64,000 bases of DNA from an uncultured Acidobacteriota bacterium (GCA_963780655.1 CAWACP010000007.1:247270-311269); one strand, 5' to 3'. Positions 28,185-37,180 are shown, counted from the stretch's first letter. Notes: generated by a model not told the origin, from the sequence alone. Translations and numbers: made by a program.

Positions 28185-29042
28185 TCAGCGCGACGGTTGC
28201 GCAGGTTCGGATCCGGGCAGCAGATCGAGCGGGCTGACGGCCGCGCAGACCGTAGTGGCGGCCATCTTCAGGTAGCGGGCGGTGGTGTTCAGGCTGCGCT
28301 GGCCGAGCAGCAACTGGATAATGCGGAGATCGGTTCCCGCTTCCAGCAGATGAGTGGCGAAGGCGTGGCGCAGACTATGCGGAGTGACGTGCTTGTCGAT
28401 GCCCGCGCGCTGCCGTGCCTGCCGGCAGGCCTTCTGGATGGCTCCCTGCGAGATGGGCTCGTCGGGGCGGGCTCCCGGGAACAGCCAGCGCCGCGAGCGC
28501 GTCTGCTTCCACCAGGCGCGCAACTCCGGGAGCAGCCGCTCGGACAGCATGACATAGCGGTCCTTTTGTCCTTTGCCCTGCTCGACGCGAATGGTCATGC
28601 GCTGGCTGTCGATATCGCTGACGCGCAGGTGAGTGAGTTCGGAAAGACGAAGTCCGGTGGCGTAAGCGGTGCTCAGAACCGCGTGCTGGCCGGCGTCGGT
28701 GAGGGCTGCGAGTAAACGGGCGACTTCCTCGCGACTGAGGATCGCCGGCAATTTTTGTGGGGCTTTGGGCAAAGGAATCCGGTCGATACTCCAGGGCCGC
28801 TGCAGAGTGACGCGGTAGAGAAAGCGAAGCGCCGAGGTGGCCACGATAAGGCTGGCGGCCGAGAGGCCTTTCTGCGTCAGGTACAGTTGATAGGTGCGGA
28901 TCTGTTCGGGTCCCAGCAGTTCGGGCGACTTGCCGAAATAACGCGCGAACGCGGCGACCTGCTGCTGGTAGGACGATTGAGTTTTGGGCGCCAGATGGCG
29001 CACCTGCATGTCTTCGATCATGCGTTGACGAAGTGGATTCAT
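28185..29042 (-). CDS. tyrosine recombinase/integrase (phage integrase family) associated with the IS91 transposase
   Basis: Start at ATG 29042 (MNPLRQRMIEDMQVRHLAPKTQSSY, SAM-like N-domain). C-terminal catalytic residues: GLRLSE, HSLRHAFATHLLEAG, LLGQRSLNTTARY. Confidence 0.85.
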   Translation of the reverse strand: MNPLRQRMIEDMQVRHLAPKTQSSYQQQVAAFARYFGKSPELLGPEQIRTYQLYLTQKGLSAASLIVATSALRFLYRVTLQRPWSIDRIPLPKAPQKLPAILSREEVARLLAALTDAGQHAVLSTAYATGLRLSELTHLRVSDIDSQRMTIRVEQGKGQKDRYVMLSERLLPELRAWWKQTRSRRWLFPGARPDEPISQGAIQKACRQARQRAGIDKHVTPHSLRHAFATHLLEAGTDLRIIQLLLGQRSLNTTARYLKMAATTVCAAVSPLDLLPGSEPAQPSR

Positions 29043-29179
29043 GGGGCAACTCCCTTCTGGAATGGTTCGGTGCTGCGAACACCAACACCATGGTTCTCCA
29101 GATGGGAGCCCCTGCGAATTCCGGCGGAACGTCAACTATGGAAAGTTCGGGGATGAGCTACCGCGAAGCGGTTTAGTTC

Positions 29180-29388
29180 AATGCCATATAGTTTTCCCGC
29201 TTTCGAACACCTGGCCGATGTGGGGCGGGCGCCCTCGCCCGCGGCCGGCGCCCCCGCCGGCCTGCTCCCATACGCGACAACTCTACTCTCCGCGCGGCCA
29301 GCGGGGCCGGGGGGCCCCGCGCAGGCCGGGGGGCCTGCCCCACAAAAGGGACTTCGACTCAGCTCGCCGTCGAAAACTATATGGCATT
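29180..29388. mobile_element. 209-bp MITE-like element, copy 2 (inverted relative to copy 1)
   Basis: Perfect 17-bp TIRs aatgccatatagttttc / gaaaactatatggcatt. The embedded 69-aa ORF translation is identical to copy 1, with at least one synonymous difference. Confidence 0.8.
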
Positions 29389-29394
29389 AGGCTT

Positions 29395-30990
29395 TCAGCC
29401 TGCGGTTTGGCATTTTCCCGCGCGAAGCCTTGCCTCGATCTCCCGATGCCCCATCTTCTTCGCCCAGGCGAGCGGCGTCGCCCAGGGCACGGCGTCCGGC
29501 TCGTTTGCCGGCGCGCCGCGCGATCGGAACATCTCAACCAGCTCCGAGCGGCCCCAGCGGCACGCCCAGCCGAGCGGCGTCGATTGCAGCAGATGATCGC
29601 GCAGGTCGAGCCGTGCGCCGCTGTCGAGCAGCATCGACGCGAAGCGCGTGCGGTCGGCTTCGTGGACGCCGTCGCGCGCGGCCGTGAAGTGCAGCGGCGT
29701 CTGACCGAATCGCTTCGTCACGTTCGCGTCAATGCCGTGCTCGAGTAACAGCGCCAGCGAGCGGAAGAGTCCCTCGTGCGCCGGATCGCCATCGGCGCGG
29801 CGCATTGGCTGAATCAGGATCCAGTGCCAGCGCGGGTCATCCCGCGGCCACCGCAGACGCGGCAGCGCCATCGCGAGGATGGAAGCGCAGCCGCTGCCTG
29901 CCGCGGACCAGGCCAGCTCCTGCGCCAGGTCCTCGCCCGCGTCCGCCGCCAGCATTCGCGCGGCCTCAGCCGTATCGTGAAACTCCGCCGCCATATAGGG
30001 CTGCATCTTCGCGCCGCGCGCTGTCAGCAGGCGCTTCATCGGCTCGTCATTGCGCCTGTACGCATTCAGCAATGGCCAGCCGGACGCGTAGACGTTGCCG
30101 TTCGGGTCGGCGCCGCGATCGAGCAGCAACTCGGCAATCTCCAGCCTTCCGCCCTGTGCCGCGCACCACAGCGGTCCGCCCCAGCTCTCGGTTGGCTCTT
30201 CCAGCTCCTGCAACATGGTGCGCTCATCCGGATCGGCGCCCAGATCGAGCAACAACCTGACGATGTCGATATGCCCGTTGTTCACCGCCACGCTGAGCAG
30301 CCCGCCTCGCCTCCATGTGATGTCGCGCAGCACGCCCGGATTGCGGCTCACCAGCTCACGGACGCGCGCCGCGTCGCCCTGGGCGATGGCATCTCGTACG
30401 CCTGACTCTCGGCCGGCGTCCAGCGGTTCGCGCGCGGGCGCTTCGTCCTGTCCGGGTGCGCCGGTCCGCTTCGCCTTCTCCTGCTCTATGATGTCAACGA
30501 TGTCTCCGTAGCCCCTGTCCCGCGCGATGACGAACGCGGTAGTCGCATCGCGGTGCGGGAAGACGCCCTGATCCGGGTCGGCCCCCGCCTGCATGAGCAG
30601 CCGGACCATGGCGGCATCGCGAGCGAGCACTGCCCGATGCAGCGCGCGCTGTTCGTTGTCGTGCGCGGTATCCATGTGCACAAGCTCGGGACGGCGTCTG
30701 AGCATTGCGCGAACCGCGGCAGTGTCGCCCCCTTCAACCACGGCCATGAACCGGCCCACGGTGACGCCGTCGATGAAGGCTTTCAGCTTTGGCCAACTGG
30801 AGAAGCCGTATGCGCGAGCGATGGCGAGCTGAGCATCGCTGAGCTGGAACTGTTGCGGAACAGCGCCCGGATACCAGAGACGGACCTGTTGCGCCACGCC
30901 TGCGTCGCCGGCGTGAAACGCCTTCAGCAGATCCTTTGCCTGTTTGCGAAGTTGCGCGAGATCGGGGTTTTCCGGGAGAGAGCGTGTCAT
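29395..30990 (-). CDS. ankyrin repeat protein
   Basis: 531 aa. Multiple ANK-like units (ALHRAVLARDAAMVRLLMQAGADPD, LLSVAVNNGHIDIVRLLLDLGADPD, PLWCAAQGGRLEIAELLLDRGADPN, TPLHFTAARDG...). Confidence 0.85.
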   Translation of the reverse strand: MTRSLPENPDLAQLRKQAKDLLKAFHAGDAGVAQQVRLWYPGAVPQQFQLSDAQLAIARAYGFSSWPKLKAFIDGVTVGRFMAVVEGGDTAAVRAMLRRRPELVHMDTAHDNEQRALHRAVLARDAAMVRLLMQAGADPDQGVFPHRDATTAFVIARDRGYGDIVDIIEQEKAKRTGAPGQDEAPAREPLDAGRESGVRDAIAQGDAARVRELVSRNPGVLRDITWRRGGLLSVAVNNGHIDIVRLLLDLGADPDERTMLQELEEPTESWGGPLWCAAQGGRLEIAELLLDRGADPNGNVYASGWPLLNAYRRNDEPMKRLLTARGAKMQPYMAAEFHDTAEAARMLAADAGEDLAQELAWSAAGSGCASILAMALPRLRWPRDDPRWHWILIQPMRRADGDPAHEGLFRSLALLLEHGIDANVTKRFGQTPLHFTAARDGVHEADRTRFASMLLDSGARLDLRDHLLQSTPLGWACRWGRSELVEMFRSRGAPANEPDAVPWATPLAWAKKMGHREIEARLRAGKCQTAG

Positions 30991-31142
30991 GATGACCTCC
31001 TTCGGCTTGTCGCCGTTCCTGCCCGTGTCCGCTCATTCGGGCGAAAGGAAGATCACCACGAAGGTGTCTGCTAAACGATGATGTTCGGTGTGGGCTCAGC
31101 CCTTTCCGCGGACCCGGAGGCGCCACGACGCGCTCGACGTTA

Positions 31143-31170
31143 TTGTCGCATGATTGTCGCATGAGTGTCG
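31143..31170 (+). promoter_or_regulatory. 2.5 tandem copies of an 11-bp unit (ttgtcgcatga) in a divergent promoter region
   Basis: ttgtcgcatga at 31143-31153 and 31154-31164, then gtgtcg. Lies between the ankyrin start (30990) and the sortase-substrate start (31409). Confidence 0.4.
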
Positions 31171-31408
31171 GCAGGCCGACGCCAGCGTGACTCGGCGTGT
31201 AACCTGTCCTCACCGCTTTCTGTAATTCTTGCCGTCGCCGAAGGCTCTGAAAGCGCTCAGACGTCGCAGACTCATCGACTTGCCGCTTTGGCGCCTGGGC
31301 TGCACCATACCCTGCGCGGTGGCCCGCCTGGGCTTGCCCAACGTTACCCACCGGCCGTTGCTGTGGCAACGCGGTGACAACGACAGAAACGACTGGAGGA
31401 GTAGTGAT

Positions 31409-32113
31409 ATGACGAGTTTGAAAGCTCTTGCCATTGCAGCCGGCGTCGGTGTGTTCGGATCTCTCATGGCGCCAAATGTCATGGCCGACGAATGGAACAA
31501 AAAAACCATTCTTACTGTCAACGAGGCGATTCAGGTGCCTGGCGCTACACTGCAGCCCGGCAAGTACGTGATGAAGTTGATGAATTCGCCCTCGAACCGG
31601 CACATTGTCCAGATCTACAAAGGCGACGAGAGTAACATCGTGACAACCATTCTGGCGCTGCCGAACTATCGTCTGCAGCCAACCGGAAAGACCGAGTTCA
31701 CGTTCTGGGAAACGCCTCCCGGACAGCCGAAGGCCCTGCGCGCCTGGTTCTACCCCGGTGACAACTTCGGTCAGGAATTCGCTTACCCCAAGAACGCCGC
31801 GGCATCTATCGCCACCTATGCCAAGACCAGCGTTCCTACTACCTACGCCGAGAACGAGTCCCAGTTGACCACGGCTCAGGTGGGCAGCGTGAACGAACAG
31901 GGTCAGGAACAGCCGCTGGGCGAGCAGTATACCCAGCAGACAGAGGTAGCGCAGAACACCACGCCTGCGCCGGCTCCTGAGGCTGCGCCGGCCACTGAAC
32001 CGGCCCCGGCTCCGGCCCTACCGAAGACGGCCAGCCCGTATCCATTGATCGCGCTTGCCGGTCTGTTTTCATTGGGTCTGTTTGCGACGTTGCGCCTGAT
32101 CCGCGAGTCGTAA
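31409..32113 (+). CDS. secreted protein with C-terminal LPKTAS sortase-type sorting signal
   Basis: ATG 31409 preceded by ggagga. Signal peptide MTSLKALAIAAGVGVFGSLMAPNVMA. C-terminus: PAPAPEAAPATEPAPAPA-LPKTAS-PYPLIALAGLFSLGLFATL-RLIRES. Confidence 0.7.
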   Translation: MTSLKALAIAAGVGVFGSLMAPNVMADEWNKKTILTVNEAIQVPGATLQPGKYVMKLMNSPSNRHIVQIYKGDESNIVTTILALPNYRLQPTGKTEFTFWETPPGQPKALRAWFYPGDNFGQEFAYPKNAAASIATYAKTSVPTTYAENESQLTTAQVGSVNEQGQEQPLGEQYTQQTEVAQNTTPAPAPEAAPATEPAPAPALPKTASPYPLIALAGLFSLGLFATLRLIRES

Positions 32114-32216
32114 CGGTTCGCCGGCAGAACGCTCCGTTCATATGAGCTGGCGCCGCCAGGGAGTGGCGCCAGCTTTTCTTGTCTTGTTCAACTGAGCCGG
32201 GCGATTTCAGCCGGCT

Positions 32217-33221
32217 GTGTGGTGGGCCATGTTGCCGCTGGTAATACTGCTTGCTTACGCCTTCGTCGCCCAGGCGCCTGTGCCGGCCCCTCCGCCCGGG
32301 ACGGCCTCATCTTCCGCGCAGGGCGATCAGTCGGAATTTACAATTAAGAGCACCGTAAACCGGGTCCTGCTCGACGTCGCGGTCCGGAACCCCGCGGGGG
32401 GCTTCGTTTCAGGCCTGAAGAAGGAAAATTTCCACGTCTTCGATAATGGCAAAGAGCAGCCCATCCTCGATTTCGGCGCCGGCGACATACCGGTTACCGT
32501 CGGCATCGTAGTGGACGAAAGCCTGAGTATGGCTCCCAAGCGGCCTGAGGTCCTGACGGCGGCGCTCACCTTTGCAAAAGAGAGCAATCCGCAGGACGAG
32601 ATGTTCGTCGTCAATTTCAACGAGAGACCGCGGCACGGCCTCCCGGACGACGTCCTGTTCACCGACAATCTGCAAATGTTGCGCCAGGCGCTGCTCAAGG
32701 GCAAGCCGGAGGGACGCACGGCGCTTTACGACGCGGTGGTTGTGGCGCTCAGGCAACTGGACATGGGACGCGAAGCCAAGAAGACGCTGGTGCTCATCAG
32801 CGATGGCGGCGATAATGTCAGCACGCACAAGTTTCACGATGTAATGAAGCTGGTGGAGGAAACCACGGCCACCATCTACACGGTCGGAGTCTTCGATCCC
32901 GACGATCCCGACAAGAACCCGGGCATTCTGAACCGGCTGGCGCAGGTGAGCGGCGGCATTGCTTATTATCCGCAAAACCTCCCGGAAATCGTGCCGATCT
33001 GCAGACAAATCGCAAAAGATATCCGCAACCGCTACACGCTGAGCTATCAGCCGCCCGAGAGCAATCGGGAGGAGCTTCGACACGTGAAGGTGGAAGTCAG
33101 CGCGCCGGACCTGGGCAGGCTGATCGCACGGACCCGCACGTCTTATTTGTACCGGCCAAACGGAACACAGGATGTCGATGCATCGCTGGCCCCCGGCGGC
33201 AAAAGCCGGAAGAAACGATGA
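32217..33221 (+). CDS. VWFA-related (TIGR03436-like) domain protein
   Basis: 334 aa. N-terminal signal/anchor. FTIKSTVNRVLLDVAVRNPAGGFVSGLKKENFHVFDNGKEQ. MIDAS-like DESLS. LISDGGDN. Confidence 0.7.
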   Translation: MWWAMLPLVILLAYAFVAQAPVPAPPPGTASSSAQGDQSEFTIKSTVNRVLLDVAVRNPAGGFVSGLKKENFHVFDNGKEQPILDFGAGDIPVTVGIVVDESLSMAPKRPEVLTAALTFAKESNPQDEMFVVNFNERPRHGLPDDVLFTDNLQMLRQALLKGKPEGRTALYDAVVVALRQLDMGREAKKTLVLISDGGDNVSTHKFHDVMKLVEETTATIYTVGVFDPDDPDKNPGILNRLAQVSGGIAYYPQNLPEIVPICRQIAKDIRNRYTLSYQPPESNREELRHVKVEVSAPDLGRLIARTRTSYLYRPNGTQDVDASLAPGGKSRKKR

Positions 33222-33964
33222 AAGCGCGAATTCAACCGGACCGCAGGCTGGGCTGGCGTCTGGCGGAGTATGTGCTTCTCTTCGCCGGACTGGTTCTGCT
33301 GGACGCGTTCATCTGGGTGAAGGCAAGCGCGGTGGTATATCAGTCCTGGGAGAACTGGTCTTTCGATCGCGAGGTGAAAGGCGAACCCGTTTCAGTGCGG
33401 GAGTTTCTGCGCGATGAGCTGCGCTTCAGTCCTCGCACCCTGCCGCCGCAAAGCGCCCCCATGGCCAGAAGGGCCCCTGAGCCGCGCATGGTCATCCCGC
33501 GGGATGAAGTGGTGGGCCGTCTGGAGATCCCGAGGCTGGGATTGCGCGCGATTGTTCGGGAAGGCTCCGATGAGGACACGCTGCGACGCGCGGTGGGACA
33601 TCTGCCGTCTTCTCCGGTTCCCGGGCAGCCGGGAAATGTGGCCATCGCGGGGCATCGGGACACGTTCTTCCGGCCGCTGCAGGGCATACGCGTGAACGAT
33701 CGGATCACGTTCGAGACGCTGCGAGGCCGCTACGAATATGCGGTGCAATCGGTGAAGGTGGTGCAGCCGGACGATGTCGGCGTGCTGCGCGCGTCCACAC
33801 AGCCTGAGCTGACCATGATTACCTGCTACCCGTTCCACTACATCGGCTCGGCTCCGAAGCGGTTTGTCGTGGAGGCCCGCCAGATTGGGGCCGCGCCGGA
33901 GACGGAGCAGGCTGCGGTGAGAGCCGATGCCAGCCGGTCGGTGCGAACGCTACCAGGACTGTAG
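33218..33964 (+). CDS. sortase family transpeptidase (membrane-anchored)
   Basis: 248 aa. TM segment YVLLFAGLVLLDAFIWV. His motif NVAIAGHRD, Cys motif LTMITCYPF, Arg in KRFVVEAR. ATGA overlap with the VWFA gene. Confidence 0.8.
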   Translation: MKARIQPDRRLGWRLAEYVLLFAGLVLLDAFIWVKASAVVYQSWENWSFDREVKGEPVSVREFLRDELRFSPRTLPPQSAPMARRAPEPRMVIPRDEVVGRLEIPRLGLRAIVREGSDEDTLRRAVGHLPSSPVPGQPGNVAIAGHRDTFFRPLQGIRVNDRITFETLRGRYEYAVQSVKVVQPDDVGVLRASTQPELTMITCYPFHYIGSAPKRFVVEARQIGAAPETEQAAVRADASRSVRTLPGL

Positions 33965-33979
33965 AACAATACTCGCCTG

Positions 33980-34067
33980 GTGGGGCGGTCCCCCGGACCG
34001 CGCGGGACGCCCTCGTCCCGCTTTGCAGGCCGAAGGCCTGCTTTGCAGGCCGAAGGCCTGCTCCACA
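33980..34067. repeat. composite repeat patch: about 40-bp MITE-core-like fragment plus two tandem REP copies
   Basis: gtggggcggtcccccggaccgcgcgggac... resembles the MITE interior. ctttgcaggccgaaggcctg is duplicated in tandem (34021-34040, 34041-34060), then ctccaca. Confidence 0.7.
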
Positions 34068-34092
34068 CAGACTCCAGTGGATTGTATCGAGC

Positions 34093-34746
34093 TCACATTT
34101 CGGCGCGGGCCTTTGCGACGGCCGTGAGAAACTGCCGGGCTCGGTCCGTAAACACACCGAAATTACCGGCCCGCAGATTCGCGCTGTCCACCAGTTCCGC
34201 GCCAACTCCGACGGCGCAGGCGCCCGCCCTCAGGAACTCGCCGGTTGTATCGAGATTGACGCCGCCGGTGGGCACCAGCTCGATCTGCGGCAGGGGCGCT
34301 TTTAACGCCTTAATATATTTCGCGCCTCCCAGCGCGCCGCACGGGAAAACCTTAACGGCGTCCGCTCCGGCTTCCCACGCCGTGAGGATCTCGGTGGGCG
34401 TGAGCGCGCCCGGCATGATCACCTTCGAATAGCGCCGCGCCATCTCGATGGTTGCGAGCTTCAGTGCAGGCGTCACCAGAAACTGCGCGCCCGCCAGGAT
34501 GCACGCCCGCGCGGTCTCCGGATCGAGCACCGTGCCGGCCCCCAGAATCATGCGATCGCCGAATCGGTCCGCCAGCTTCTCGAGCGCGCCGATCGCTCCC
34601 GGAACCGTCATCGTGATTTCCGCCACCAGAATGCCGCCGTCGTATAACGCCTCAATCGCGCCGATCGCCGCGTCGGCGCTTTCGGAACGGACGATGGGAA
34701 CGATGCCAATGCCGGCGATCTCGGATAGCGTATCTCGCGTATTCAT
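34093..34746 (-). CDS. eda: 2-dehydro-3-deoxyphosphogluconate / 4-hydroxy-2-oxoglutarate aldolase
   Basis: 217 aa. VPIVR, EITMT, LGAGTVLDPETA, VKVFPCGALGG, and the Lys-containing VKVFP motif. Confidence 0.85.
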   Translation of the reverse strand: MNTRDTLSEIAGIGIVPIVRSESADAAIGAIEALYDGGILVAEITMTVPGAIGALEKLADRFGDRMILGAGTVLDPETARACILAGAQFLVTPALKLATIEMARRYSKVIMPGALTPTEILTAWEAGADAVKVFPCGALGGAKYIKALKAPLPQIELVPTGGVNLDTTGEFLRAGACAVGVGAELVDSANLRAGNFGVFTDRARQFLTAVAKARAEM

Positions 34747-34847
34747 CTGGTCCGATATTACCGCCGCTCCCTGGCCGCCGCGCGTCCATAAATCAGTATC
34801 GGCGCATCAGCTCTTCGGTGATATGCTGGCCCCAGGCAATTAATCTC

Positions 34848-36650
34848 ATGCGAAAACCGATTGCAATTGCAATTCTGGCATTATGTCCGCTCTCTGCCTT
34901 CGCGCAGATGACGATGAACCAGAAGATTGCCGATTTCGAGTCGTTGGCGGGAACATTTGCCAAGCGCTACGCATTTTACGAATGGAAGAAAACCGCACTC
35001 AATTATGACGGACTCGATCTTACGCCGTGGCTGCAAAAGGTGAACGCGACCACCGACGACATCTCATTCTTCGATGTTTGCGCCGAATACGTTGCGGCCT
35101 GGCAGGATTCGCATGCCGTCCTGCAGTTGTATTCAACGTGGCAGGCGACGTTGCCTCTGACTCTGGATGTATACGACGGCAAGGTGGTGATCGACACAAT
35201 CGACCGTACCGCGTTACCGGAAAAACAATACCCGTTTCAGGTGGGCGACGCCCTGGTCAGTCTGAACGCGGTTGCCGTTGACGATTTGATGAATCAGGTC
35301 TTGCCGTTCGCCGGAATGGCCAATCCGAAAAGTCAGGCCCGGCTGGCGGCCTCGGCGATTCTCAGCCGCGACCAGAGCTGGTGGCCGCGCGCTTCCGCCG
35401 TGCCGGATTACGCCAATGTCGAGGTGCGGCATGCGGACGGAACCACCGACGTCAAAACGGTGTCGTGGATAAAGAGCGGCGTATCCTACACCCATGTCGG
35501 CCCCGTTCCCGATATCGGCGCGCCTCCACGGGGAACTCCGGCTCCGGGCCGGGGCGGCTCACGGCGAGCCCTTGCGCATAAGACGGCGCCGGTCGTACCC
35601 GATTACCTGAAGCGCCTCTATTCTCTGCGCGACCTCCGGGCGCCGCGTCTGGCCTTCGTTACCGGAGAGGGCGACCTCGCCCCGTTCTTTACTATGCCGT
35701 CGTCGTTCAAACAGCGGTTGGGAAACGGCCAGTACGATGAGTACTTCACCGGAACCTTCACCGCCGGCGCACATACCGTCGGTTTTATTCGGATTTCGTC
35801 GTTCGAACTTTATGACATACCGGATCTGACCACGGAGATCGCATGGATGCAGGCCAACACCGACGGGCTGGTAGTGGACGTCACGCGTAATCCGGGCGGC
35901 GACGCCTGTGAGGCGGAAGAGACCGCGGCGCTGCTGTTCCGCGATCAGTTCCAGAGCCTGGGCCTGAAGATCCGGATGACATGGGACATCCTGCTTGGAT
36001 TCGAGCAGGACCTTCAGGATGCCCAGTCGTCCGGAGCTTCCCCGGCCGACATCCAGGAACTTCAGGTTATCGTGAAGACGGCGCAAGCCGCTTACGCGCA
36101 GAGCCGCGGATTCACCGATCCTGTGCCTCTCTGCGGAGACAGCCAGACGATCCCGCCGGCAACAGACAATTTGAATCTGCCGATCGGATACGGCAAGCCC
36201 ATTCTGATCCTGACCGACGACATGTCCGCTTCGGCGGCTGAGCTCTTCTCAGCCATCATGCAGGATAACAAGCGCTCAATCCAGTACGGAACACGCACAA
36301 TGGGGGCTGGCGGCGCGGTGGAATCGGGACCGTTCTCGGTGTATATGGACGCCGACGTTAACCTGCCGTGGAGCATCCTCATCCGGAACCAGGCCATCAC
36401 CGAAACGGGCTACCCGGCGGCGCCGTACATCGAGAACATCGGAGTCTGGCCCGATCAGCAGGCGGACTTCATGACCATGGATAATCTGGTGAACCAGGGC
36501 AAGCCGTTCGTGGACGGCTTCACCACGGCGATAGCGGCCCTGATTGACGAAAAGTCGACCACGTCGGCAGCCATGTCCCGGCCGTTTACCGTACGTGAAT
36601 CGGCGTCGAGCGCAGACGCCACTCCCGCCGGCGGCGCAGTCGCGCGTTGA
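34848..36650 (+). CDS. S41 family peptidase (tail-specific protease-like), secreted
   Basis: ATG 34848 (MRKPIAIAILALCPLSAFAQ signal). NPGGD and TDDMSASAAELFSAIMQDN (Ser nucleophile region). Confidence 0.7.
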   Translation: MRKPIAIAILALCPLSAFAQMTMNQKIADFESLAGTFAKRYAFYEWKKTALNYDGLDLTPWLQKVNATTDDISFFDVCAEYVAAWQDSHAVLQLYSTWQATLPLTLDVYDGKVVIDTIDRTALPEKQYPFQVGDALVSLNAVAVDDLMNQVLPFAGMANPKSQARLAASAILSRDQSWWPRASAVPDYANVEVRHADGTTDVKTVSWIKSGVSYTHVGPVPDIGAPPRGTPAPGRGGSRRALAHKTAPVVPDYLKRLYSLRDLRAPRLAFVTGEGDLAPFFTMPSSFKQRLGNGQYDEYFTGTFTAGAHTVGFIRISSFELYDIPDLTTEIAWMQANTDGLVVDVTRNPGGDACEAEETAALLFRDQFQSLGLKIRMTWDILLGFEQDLQDAQSSGASPADIQELQVIVKTAQAAYAQSRGFTDPVPLCGDSQTIPPATDNLNLPIGYGKPILILTDDMSASAAELFSAIMQDNKRSIQYGTRTMGAGGAVESGPFSVYMDADVNLPWSILIRNQAITETGYPAAPYIENIGVWPDQQADFMTMDNLVNQGKPFVDGFTTAIAALIDEKSTTSAAMSRPFTVRESASSADATPAGGAVAR

Positions 36651-36865
36651 CCTCTTCCAGAGAGCCGAAAAAGCCCGCAAAGGAGTTACGCAGGCGTGGC
36701 GGAGCGCGGCGACACGCCCGGAAGTCGCGAGGTCGAAACTGATCGGTGATGGCGATGGCGGCCGCTCCCATGGGCCGGTACTCGTGGGTCCCCTGCGCCC
36801 AGACAATTCGTTCGCGCCGGTCGATCCACAGAGCAAAGCCCACAGGAGCAGGCTATCATTCGTCC

Positions 36866-37180
36866 TCAGTCCGCGCCGGCGGCGACGAATGCGCCGCAGG
36901 ATGCTTTGGCCACCATTTCTTCGAGCGCGCGCGATTTCCAGCCGCGACTGGCGTACCCGGAGAACACGATCGGATGCGGTCCGGGGCGGGTCTGGTCGGG
37001 ACAGTAGTTCTGGCGAATTCCGTACAGCATGACGACGGCTGCTGCAATCTCCCGCTGAATTTCATCGGGTTCGGGCGTGTCTGCGTGGGCGAGCCTTTGA
37101 TGGAGGCTCGTGAGGGTATCTTCCACGTCCCTGAGATACTCAAACAATATTTCGTTAGAGGACTCGACGCTGGGGGTCAC
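36866..37180 (-). CDS. hypothetical protein
   Basis: 104 aa. GTG start preceded by aaggagg at 5-nt spacing. GC3-rich. No domain recognised. Confidence 0.4.
   Translation of the reverse strand: MTPSVESSNEILFEYLRDVEDTLTSLHQRLAHADTPEPDEIQREIAAAVVMLYGIRQNYCPDQTRPGPHPIVFSGYASRGWKSRALEEMVAKASCGAFVAAGAD

Larger units (their letters stand above)
26990..29042 (-). mobile_element. IS91-family element, minimum extent (tyrosine recombinase + Y2 transposase); true ends not determined
   Basis: Two co-oriented genes 7 nt apart (see the two CDS below). GTTC tetranucleotide at 29176-29179. Hairpin gttgcggcg...cgccgcaac at about 26666-26715. Confidence 0.7.
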
